A program made the translations under genes and the position numbers. Below the pieces are notes generated by a model. It made no database searches. It saw only the letters and a list, made by a program, of their open reading frames with translations, and had not been told where the DNA came from. Below are positions 53,410 through 64,000 of a stretch of DNA of 64,000 bases, piece after piece. The stretch spans positions 629,869-693,868 of the forward strand of contig NW_015176475.1 in assembly GCF_001447785.1 (NCBI RefSeq). Direction: 5' to 3'. The stretch comes from Gekko japonicus (taxonomy: Eukaryota). Position 1 is the stretch's first letter; every line of letters begins with the position of its first letter.

Positions 53410-56400
53410 ATCTTCTTCGTGGTCTCTGTGCATCACACCCATGGGATTATGCGCCTGCGCTGATCCGAATCGGTGGTATGCAAAGCTCACAAAGGGATTT
53501 TCACGTCTCCCTCCCAGGCATGCGCGGGAACCCCACTGCGTATGCCCAAGGATGCGGGATGCGGACATCCCACCAGTTCTCTTCTGACTGCCACGCTGTT
53601 AACAGCTTGTTTCTGCTGGTCGGTGAAGAAACGTTATTTTCCTCTCATGAGGGATTGTTCATATCGTTCTTCTTTTTTTCCTATTGCTATGTTTATTTTA
53701 TTCTTTACCTTAAAAAGAGAGGGAGGAAAATACTTTTTCTGAGGGTTGCTGCGCCTCAGGCAGCTTCCCGCCTTTCCCCCCCACCCCCCTCTCTTGCTCT
53801 GAGGTAAATTTTACTTCGCCTCATCCGAGAGCCCTCTTTTCTCTTGGTGCTATTTTATTCTTTTGTGGCCGAAAAGCAGGGATGTTTTAAATTGTGTGTC
53901 AGCTGTGGCAGCAAACTTGCCCCCCATGACGGCCACACACTCTGCATTCACTGCCTTGGAAAAACTCATCGTCCAGGAGCTTGTCGCCATTGCTCAAAGT
54001 TCTCAAATCAGACCTGCAAAAACAGAGCTGTGAGGCTTTGAGTGGCACTTTGGGAGTCCGCACTGACCCCCTTGCCTGCCAGAGAGATGTCTGCTGAGAC
54101 CCCTACCGACCAAACGACAACACTCCTGTCGAAATCGGGAGGTACTCCAGCTTCGAACCCCCTTCACCGTGCAAAGCCGGCATCAGACGGGGGACCGTCT
54201 TCTAAGCATTCGATGTTGAATGAGGCCTCTTCCGCCTCTACGCTGGCCAAAAAGAAGAAAAAGGAGAAGCACGAGAAAACTAAGTCTTCTTTTACTGGCA
54301 CTGTGCGTAAGTCTCAGAGTCTGTGCAGCGAGAAAGTGAAAAAGGGCTCTGCATTGACCCCACTTCAGCGGTTGCAACCCGACATCGAGAACTCTTCCGT
54401 ACTGGAGCTACCTACGATTGAGTTATTGGACTCACCCATTCGGGAACCGAACCCCCCAGTATCGGAGGTCTCCATTGACCCTGGACTGATCTTGGCCTCA
54501 CCGTGGGAAGTCGAGGAGGTTGTCCCACGTCGGTCTCATATAGATCGCTCTCCTTCGGCCGTTTCTTGGACAAGCGATCAATCTCGGCCGGACTCTTGAT
54601 ATCGATGATCCAGGTCCTCCAGATGCAAGGGACATCGATATCGATCTGAGGAATGCCTTGAGTACCATCATTCCAGACCCATGCTCTCATACTCATCCAG
54701 ACGGGAATTGAGACCGCACTCCCCGACCTACTTCGACCCACCTGTACTGTGTACACATGCCTTATTGGTTCACCTCATATCTGATGTTGGCATCGATGCC
54801 ATGGCTGACGCCTAGGCCACAGTCGGACTGGGACCATGGGTCATGTCGTTCATGCTCTCCCCAATGCAAATCTAAACCTTCCGCATCTCAATCCAAAGCT
54901 CCAGAGGAACTTCGTCGCCCACCCTCTCCTCTCTGTTCCGCCCCTGCTTTACCACCGAAGGTTGCTCTGATACCGGATACCCTTATGGCACTGGTATCGC
55001 CTTCCAGATCCTCCATCTCCAATACTGGCACTGATGATTTGGAACACCTCTAGTCGCCTGAGGATCCTTCACCAAAACCTACGGTGTCAGATAATCTGCC
55101 AATCTGTCCTTTGGAGGATGTTTCTTCATACAGAGATTTGGTCAAGAGAATGGCACATTCCCTGGGACTGTCGATAGTCCAACCCCAACCTTCGGTGTCG
55201 GACGCTGTCTTCGATGTCATGCAGATCGATACCTCCACGTCGATCACCGTCCCGATGTCGACCGTCCTCCTACAGGCAGCGAAGGCCCCGTGGGACAAGC
55301 CATCTTCTGCTCCAGTGTTGTCCAGACGTCTGGATCCTATGTATCGGGTCCAAGAGACAGAGGCTGAATTCATCCATAAACACCCCAAGCCCAAATCCAT
55401 GGTCGTGTCGTCCGCCTCAAAGAGTAAACATATCCTTGCTACTCCTGATAAGGAGAGCAAGAAGTTGGATTCCATTAGTCGTCGTTTCTACTCAGCTGGA
55501 GCTCTCAGAATTAAGACATCTAATTATATTGCTTGTATGGGCCGTTACCAGTACTTGCTCTGGGAGCGCTTTACCGACCTTTTGACCTCGGTGCCTAAGG
55601 ACAAACGTCAGGAGGCCAGGAAGCTGCAAAAAGAAGGCTTGCTGCTTTCTAAACAAATCATAAATTTTTCCAAACGTGTTTTGGACATGTTTTCCAAAAC
55701 AATGTCATCTGCAGTTGCCCTCCATAGGCATTCCTGGCGTAGAACCACCGCACTCCCTGTTGACACCAGAGTGTACATAGAGGACTTACCTTTCGATGGC
55801 CAAGGTCTCTTTCATGCGTCCACTGATTCGATGCTGCAGAACGTGGATAAGAGCATTAAGGCCTCGAGGTCGCTGAGGGTCTCTGCCCCCTCTAAGCCCT
55901 TTCGTCCTCACTCTTGGTCTCGTTACGGATCCAGGCGTCAATACGCTAAACCGTCACATACGAGGGCTACAGAGCACGTCGGTCTCCGTCTGCAAACAGG
56001 CAGCAGTACCAGACCAGGCAAAGATACGACTCTGGACAGCAACTTGTCAGACCTAAACAACCTAAACCTGGCAAGCAGGGCCTTTGACTTCTACCTGTCT
56101 TCCTCTTCTGACCCTACCCGCCTCCATCCCTATCTGCATGCTTGGGCCACCATTACGTCGGACCAATGGGTCCTTTCCATCTTAGCCAAGGGCTATCCCA
56201 TCGAATTCATGGAACTCCTACTTCTTCCTGTAGTTTTCACCACTCCTCCATCGTCTTTCCTCCTTGAAGAAGTCACCACACTGCTGTCGAAAGGTGCTAT
56301 AGAACCTGTGCTTCTAGAACACCAGGGACTCGGTTTTTTTCCCCGGTACTTCGTGGTACCCAAAAGGGATGGCGGGCAGAGGCCGATCTTAGACCTTTGC

Positions 56401-59331
56401 GGCCTCAACGCCTGTATACAGTACCGGAAATTCAAGATGACATCCCGACCAGTCATTGTGCCTCTCCTGTCCCAAGGATGCTGGATGGCCACCCTCGACC
56501 TTGAGGATGCCTATTTTCATTTAACTAGCCACCTCTCCCATCGAAAATAGCTCCGGTTTGCGATAGGAGGCAACCACTACCAATATAGGAGTCTACCATT
56601 TGGCCTCAGCACGGCCCCGCGGGTCTTCACAAAGATGACTGTCGTCGTGGTGGCACATCTCTGCCACTGTGGTCTGACAGTGTTCCTGTATCTAGATGAC
56701 TGGCTTCTGGTTGCACCTTCCGAGACCTTCTTGTTCACCATATATCCCAGGCCCTCAATGTCCTTCGTTGCCTCGGTCTCCGGGTCAACCACACAAAGTC
56801 ACAGCTGGTTCCTTCTCAAAGAGTGCAGTTCATAGGGGCGATACTCGACTCCAGAGAAGGGAGAGCTTTCCTGCCCCAGGACAGGGCCCTATCCCTGACC
56901 GCTCTTGCAGAACAAGTTTTAATTCAGGACACATCGTCTGCTTTCCAGATTCAATGCCTTCTGGGCCTGATGGCAGCTACAACTGCTGTCCTTCGCTTTG
57001 CGAGGCTGCGAATACGTCCACTCCAGCATTGGTTCATATGGCACTTCAAGCCCCTACGGATGTCCCAGTCGGTTCGTCTCTCTTCGCCACAGGAGGCACG
57101 TGACTCTCTTCTCTGGTGGACGCGGTCAGACAACCTGACACAGGGTGTCCCTTTCCATCCCCTCATGCCTGGCCTCACCCTCATGACTGACGCCTCGCTG
57201 TGGAGCTCGGGAGCCCACCTCAATGACCTCTCTGTAGGTCACAAGTGGGATGCCCTGGCCTCAAGAAAACACATAAATTTTCTGGAACTTTTGGCTATCA
57301 AACTGGCCATCCAATGTTTCCAGCCTCTTTTCATGGGAAAATGCGTGACTGTATTGACCGATATTACGACGGCCCTCAGTTACATCAACACACAGGGTGG
57401 AACGGTCTCCCGCAGTCTCTGCCTCCTGGCTCTAGACCTTTGGGCCTGGTGCATACCTCTGCACATCTTTCCCATTGCCTCACACATCGCTGGCAAGGCC
57501 TATGTGCATGCGGACCTGCTCAGCAGGGGTCTCTCTCAGCGTCATGACTGGGAGCTGAACTGGACCTACCTACGTCCCGTATTTCAAAAGTGGGGTATGC
57601 CTCACATTGACGTCTTTGCCAGGTGCAATTCAAAGTGCAACCGGTTTTGCTGCAGGGGAGCACAAGATCCCATGGGACAACTTCCTATACATGTTCTCCC
57701 CCTATCGCTGCTGCTGAGGATGGTCCAAAGACTCATGAGGGTCCACACGAGGTGCATCCTGATTGCCCTCTGGTGGCTTAGGCAACCTTGGTTCACCAAC
57801 CTCCTCTCGCTGGCCAAGGTTCGCCATCCTCTCCCACAGGTGCAAGATTTGCTCCTTGCAGAGGGAGGAGCTCTTCTGTTCCATGAGGTCCACAAGCTCA
57901 AGCTAACAGCCTATCTCGTGGACACAACATTCTCAGGTAGAATCACCACTGTGCTACTCAATGCCAGGAAGGACTCTACAAGATGTTCCTACAGTGGGAA
58001 GTGGTCTCGTTTCTTGGCCTCCTTACAGCCCTCAGACATACCCCTGGCTTCTGTCACGCTTGACCAGATCTTAGAATTTCTGCTGTCGCATGCAGAGAAG
58101 GGCCTCTCGCACTTCTCAGTTAGGGTGTATTCGTTGGCTATTTCTGCCTACCATCTGGGCTTCGAAGGTTTTTCTGTCTTTTCTCACCCGGTCTCAAAGA
58201 AATTTCTTTAAAGTCTCCTCCACTTATATCCACCAATCCATTCACCGGTACCCTTGTGGGACTTACTGCTCGTGCTGCGCCATCTGATGGGACGGCCCTT
58301 TGAGCCTATGGCAACTTGCGAACTAAAACATGCAGCATGGAAAACCCTTTCTCGTTGCCATTACCTCGGCCAGGAGTGTGGGCGAACTCGTGGCACTTCA
58401 TCATGACCCACCCTTCCTTGTCTTCCTACCGGACGATGTGAGACTGGTGCCTGACTTCTCTTTCCTACCTAAAGCTCAGAGATCTTCTTGCCGAACTTCT
58501 TTCCTAGCCCGAAAGATGGCCAACAGCGTCTCCTCCATGCACTAGATGTTAAGAGGGCACTACTTTGCTACCTTGACAGGACACGTTCAAGTAGGAGGGA
58601 CAATCATCTATTTGTCTCCTACTCCAGTCACTCCACAGGACAAAAAATCTCGGCACAACGTCTCTCCAAAAGGATTGTTGAGACTATTAAGCTGTGCTAC
58701 CAGTTGGCTAAGCGCCCGTTGCCTTTGCCTGTGTGAGCGCACTCCACAAGATCCATGGCTTACATCTACAGCCTTCTTGAAGGGTGCTTCCCTGTCGGCG
58801 ATCTGTGGGCTGCGACATGGTCTACTCCGAACACTTTCATCAAGCACTATGCTGTTGATGTTTGTGAATGCCACAGAGTGGACCTTGGTTGTCTAGTCCT
58901 TTCGTTGGCAGAGCATTGAATTTGCAACAGCTCCCACCTCCAGGTGAGCCACTGCTTTTCAATCTCCCATGGGTGTGATGCACAGAGACCACGAAGAAGA
59001 TAAACAGGTTGCTTACCTGTAACTGGTGATCTTCGAGTGGTCATTTGTGCAGTCACACCACCCGCCCGTCCTTCCGCACTGCTGTCACTTCAGTACTCTT
59101 CTCTGGTTATTGACATGACAGCGGTCAGAAGGAACTGGCAAGATGTCCGTGCCCCGCCCCCTTGGGCATGCGCAGTGGGGTTCCCACGCATGCCTTGAGG
59201 GAGGTGCGGAAATCCCTTTGTGAGGTTTGCATACCACCGATTCGGATCAGCGCAGGTGCATAACCCCATGGGTGTGACTGCACAGATGACCACTCGAAGA
59301 TCACCAGTTACAGGTAAGCAACCTGTTTTTC
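53410..59331 (+). mobile_element. Full-length DIRS retrotransposon (family A), mutated
   Basis: Left ITR 53410-~53600 is inverted to right ITR ~59110-59301, plus a right extension to ~59331. ICR ~58965-59058. Cys/His-rich gag N-terminus (from 53865), gag, RT (RPILDL, LDLEDAYFH, LYLDDWL), RNase H, methyltransferase-like domain, YR (SARSVGEL, HSTR, TFIKHY). Several stops and frameshifts. Confidence 0.97.
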
Positions 59332-60171
59332 CCCTTGAGGAGAAAAGTGGGGTATAAATATCTTTTATTTTTAATCTGAAATCCCCAAAAGTCTTGTGGC
59401 ACCTTAAAGATAAACACATTTATTGTGGCTTATGCTTTTGTTAAATGGAGCCTATTTCATCAGCTGCATGAAGTGGTATATGTAGTTGGCAGACATAAGT
59501 AGAGATAGAAGCATAGCACATAAAGGGGGGAGTGCATTCCCTCTGAATAACTCCCTCTTTTACAACTCCCCCCCCACCCAGCCCTTCTGTTGCTTTCAGA
59601 TTTGTAACTGAAAGTAAAACCTCATGCATATGATAGTCACAGATGCCACAATAAATGTGTCTGTTTTTAGGGTGCTGCAAGAGACTTCATTGTTTTGTTA
59701 TCTGAAATGCTTGTACTGTCATTAAGTTGTAATACTTGTAGTAGTTTGGAAATTTAACATTTTCATCAAGAGGGGTACTCCTCTTAAAGTATTCCAGTTT
59801 GGGATGGCCCAAGAGACCTCTTGATCATAAGGCAGAAAATCCAAATGATTGCACTCTTCTCTGACAATAAAATAGTATAAGCAATAAACTCAGTCTTTAA
59901 CAATTGGCTGTCCCACCTTTCTTAATGCTAGGGCTTTGTGTGTCTGTAGACTGCCTTTTTGGCAGATCTGCCTCTGAAGTGATCAGAAATTCACCCCCCA
60001 TGCTCACTCCATGTACGCATGGCTAGTTGGTGTCAGTCATCCTGAAGTTTCTTTTTTCAGGCTTTTTAAAAATACTCCAGATGTATGCAGTAACTTCCAA
60101 GCGTTTCACTGATGCAGCTTTTTAATTTTTGGTCCCTGGACTGGCACTCTCCAGAACTAATATAGAAATAG

Positions 60172-60393
<222 letters not shown>

Positions 60394-60888
60394 TAGTATA
60401 CTGAACTCCAATTTAAAGATAATGTGGATTGTTTGAAATGATATTGTGAGATACTACTGAGATGCTGGGGTTGGATCCTATGAACTTTGTGTGGAAGATG
60501 GGTCTTGGCTTTTTCCCTCCTCCTTCCTACAGCAATATCCTAAGAGAGAGTTGTGGAACTCAGAGCTGGATTTGACATAAATGTCACTTTGTCGGGCAAA
60601 GGGGACGGCAAAGGATGAGATGGTTAGACAGTGTTATCAGTGTAACGAACATGAAGTTAAGCAAACTAGGACAGGAGGGCCTAGTGTGATGTGGTCAATG
60701 GGGTCGCAAAGAGTCGGACTTGACTGTGCGACTGAACAACAACAACAAAAGTAGGCATGGAGATATCAGCATGGGTGATGAGACAGGAAACCTAGGTCTC
60801 AATTTGGTACAGGAGGCTACAGTCCAGGAAGATGCAAAGAATAAATGGAAATACGTCTGAAGAAGTGAGCAGTGACTCACAAAAGCAC

Positions 60889-61306
60889 ATGTTGTTGTTG
60901 TTCAGTCGCACAGTCGAGTCCGAATCTTCGCGACCTCATGGACCACATCACGCCAGGCCCTCCCATCGTGCTCCGGAGTTTGCTTAATTTCATGTTAGCT
61001 GCCTCGATAACACTGTCTAACCATCTCATCCTTTGCCGTCCCCTTCTTCTTTGACCTACAATCTTTCCCAGCATCAGGGTATTTTCCAGTGAGTACTCCC
61101 TTCTCATTTGGTGGCCAAAATATTTGAGCTTCAGCTTCAGTATCTGGCCTTCCAGGGAACAGTCAGGGTTGATTTCTTTAAGGACTGACTGATTTGATCT
61201 CCTTGCAGTCCAGGGGACTCTTAAGAGTCTTCTTCAGCACCATAATTCAAAAGAATCTATTCTTCGGCGCTCGGCCTTCCTTATAGTCCAACTCTTGCAG
61301 CCATAC
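60889..61306 (-). mobile_element. RTE-BovB LINE 3' fragment (a second short BovB tail lies on + at 60693-60750)
   Basis: MRREYSLENTLMLGKIVGQRRRGRQRMRWLDSV; (CAA)n tail. Confidence 0.92.
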
Positions 61307-61609
61307 TCTACTACAAATTTTATTAGTCTTTAAGGTGCTACTGGACTCTTACTCTTTCTATTGCTATTAGAAACTGTAACATTCAAAAACCAGTGGGGAA
61401 ACATTTTAACCTTCCTGGACATTCAGTTGCTGACCTAAGAGGAGCAGTTCTCTTACAAAGGAATTTCAGAGGGAGATTAGAAAGAGAGACTGCTGAATTG
61501 CAACTGATTATGGAGCTCAAGACAATGCAAACTCCTGGACTGAATTGAGACCTAGGTTTCTTCTCTCATTACCAATGCCTGCTATTGCCATTTGGCATCT
61601 AAAATCACT

Positions 61610-61750
61610 TCACTTTCCAAGATATAAGGACAGATGGACTCACATTCTAGCTGTATCTGAAGAAGTGAGTAGTGACTCATAAAAGCTCCTACCCTGCCAC
61701 AAAATTTGTTAGTCATTAAGGTGCTACTGGACTCTTGCTCCCTTCCACTA
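61610..61750 (+). repeat. Penelope-like terminal repeat fragment (related pieces at 60857-60888, 61307-61370, 61890-61945, 25890-25935)
   Basis: CTGAAGAAGTGAG.AGTGACTCA..AAAGCTC...TAAGGTGCTACTGGACTC recurs; family assignment from recall. Confidence 0.5.
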
Positions 61751-63329
61751 ATAAAGAATGCAAGCTGTGCTGTTAGGTTTCTTCCCTCACCCCCTCAGTT
61801 AGAACTGGAAAGAGGAATTTCTCCAAGTGCCATGGGACGTCATCTCTCTCTGGCTCCGCCCCCTCAAGTAGTGTGCACACACACAATAGCTTATATCTGA
61901 AATAAAATGTTGTTGGTCTTCTTAAAGGTGCCATGGGACTCTCTCTCTCACCCAAAGGAGGGGGGGAGCCCTCAGCCAATCAAGAGAAAGGAGGTTGGCT
62001 TTCTTTCTCTCCCTTGGAAGCAGGAAGCTGGAGAGGAAAGAGCTGGGCAAAAGCAAGCTGTGATGCAGGAAGTGGAAGTAGGAAGCAGGAGGGAGCCAGT
62101 TGCTCGCAAGCCGGATAGGAGTCCTGCAGGGGCCGGATCTGGCCCATGGGCCATATATCTCAGGCCCCTGTCCTTTGGGACCATCATTCCATTCCACTCT
62201 TGCCTTAACAGTCTTGCTTCAGTGGAAATTTAGCTAGAAGAAGAGTGAGCAGGGGCAATGTTGCCCAACATTTCCCTCTTTATTTGTTCACAGAGCTCCT
62301 GCACCTCTGCAGATTAGGAGGTATGCAGGGAAGTGAGAGCAAGACTCCACAGGAAGAGTGGTTGGGCAGAAACAAAGAAAAACCTGGGGGATTGGTGAGG
62401 GGAGGCCAAGTGGGGATCAGAGATAGGGAGCAAGAGGAGGAACAGAGGGGTAGCAGAAATGGTGAAAGAGTTTTCACAGGTCTCCCTCTTTTATGATTAT
62501 AATTAGTGAATGAAAAATCAGCTGAGTATCATTGCAGGGACCACATATATAACATCTTAGATGACCTTTTTCATTTTGAAATTGTAAGTGTTTAGGGTTA
62601 TCAGTTTCCCTGGTTTACTGTGCTTCAGGAGAACTACCTTCTGAGGTACAAAAGATAATTATCTATTCACTATCATTATATCTAATTCTAAACAGGAGGG
62701 CCATGTACTGGTTGGGGAATTTTTCTACAAACCAGGGGCAAGTCCCAGATTTGCACAAAAACCAGAAAGTAAAAATACAATAGGAGTTCAACCCCCTCCC
62801 CCCTACAAGGAATACTGGCGAGATCTCTTGAAACGTTGCAAGATCACAGCTGGCATTGTAGGGTTGCCTAGCAACTCTGGTCTGGAGGAGCCCGGAGAAA
62901 TTGGTGTGGGAACAGAAAAAGGGGAGAAAAGGGCCCAGTGGAGGAGGACAATGGGGGAGGTGGAGAGGGCCAAAGGGGGCAGGGGTGGAAGGCTAGTGAC
63001 TAGGAACAAAATTGAATAGTGTGGACTGAATGGAATTGCCCCTGCAAATCTTGTGGGTTCTTAGTTGTTGTTACCTAACAATGCTTGAATTCTTCCATGT
63101 GACTTAGATCCCCATATGTGATGTGGCGTATTTGCCCTGATCACTTTCTAACATGTTAAGTTGATCCTAATCCAAGCTGTGGTGGCTTTCCTCTCCCTAC
63201 CGTATTCTGCTACTGGTAGTTTGCTGTGTTACCACAAAACCTTTAGTTTAGTCGTCTGACTATGAAGAATGTATTTTTTGCAGCAAAGCACGGATTCAGG
63301 CGCCATTCTTTCATCTGTTCTATTTCCAG

Positions 63330-63542
63330 AGGGGATGATGAAGCTGTGCAAAAGAACAATGCATTAAAGTTAATAAGAGAATTGCAAGCTCAGACTTCAG
63401 AGCTACAAGAGGACCTTGAATCGGAAAAGGCTTCTCGGAACAAAGCAGATAAGCAGAAAAGAGACCTCAGTGAGGAGCTTGAGGCACTGAAGACAGAACT
63501 GGAAGATACCCTGGACACCACTGCAGCTCAGCAAGAGTTAAG
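63330..63542 (+). CDS. MYH10: MYH10 exon ([21 protein letters not shown]...[10 protein letters not shown]), 213 nt
   Basis: AG/GT; phase 2-2. Confidence 0.97.
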
Positions 63543-64000
63543 GTTCGTGGAATACTAGGCATATAACAAGAAAAGAGGTTATAATGTCATGATTTGTCTT
63601 GAGAAAAAAAAGTTCTAGCCTCGCTAACCAGAAATTGTGACTGTGACTCCCTAAGAGAGTCCATGGAGGCAGTATTTAAATTCTCTTCTAATCAAATGTA
63701 GTGCTAATGTTACCTGTATCTCTGGCAAAATTCTGCCATGTGAGATGCTACAAAAAGAATTGCAGTACTCCTTATATTGTCATAAATATAGGGTGGTTCA
63801 TACATCACTTTTTCTAAAACAGATTAACATCCAGTTCAGAAAAAGTACGTGTTTGTGTACACCATTTGAGTGATGGCCATAAACATCTCTCTTACCTTAG
63901 AAATCTCACAGAAAAGGAATGTGGAAATGGAGAGTAACAGGTACACCAACCAGGGTATACTCGGATTGTTCTTTCTGCTACTTTAGATATAGAAATGACC

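Overview
Vertebrate genomic DNA, squamate and probably gecko as judged from its SINE, BovB, CR1 and L2 content. The whole window lies inside the non-muscle myosin heavy chain IIB gene (MYH10, + strand). I can place 21 coding exons with consistent phases and GT-AG boundaries, running from the motor domain (GKFIRINF...) through the IQ region into the coiled-coil rod. They include the 63-nt alternatively spliced B2 (loop 2) exon and a U12-type minor intron (4757-11947). The introns are packed with transposable elements: four sense-oriented DIRS tyrosine-recombinase retrotransposons of two families plus a DIRS fragment fused to an L1 5' end, an ORF1-only L1, CR1, L2, RTE-BovB and RTE-X LINEs, hAT MITEs with 8-bp TSDs, a non-autonomous Helitron, two solo LTRs and SINEs. 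The most unusual signals are: (i) an identical 12-nt flank (TGATGTTCTAGG) just before two unrelated DIRS elements; (ii) a U1-complementary splice donor in the last ~20 nt of both DIRS families; (iii) an inverted copy of U12-intron sequence that ends exactly at a CR1 3' tail, suggesting retroposition of host pre-mRNA; (iv) an L1/DIRS chimera and a gag-recombinase in-frame fusion. Family names come from motif recognition only; no database search was run.
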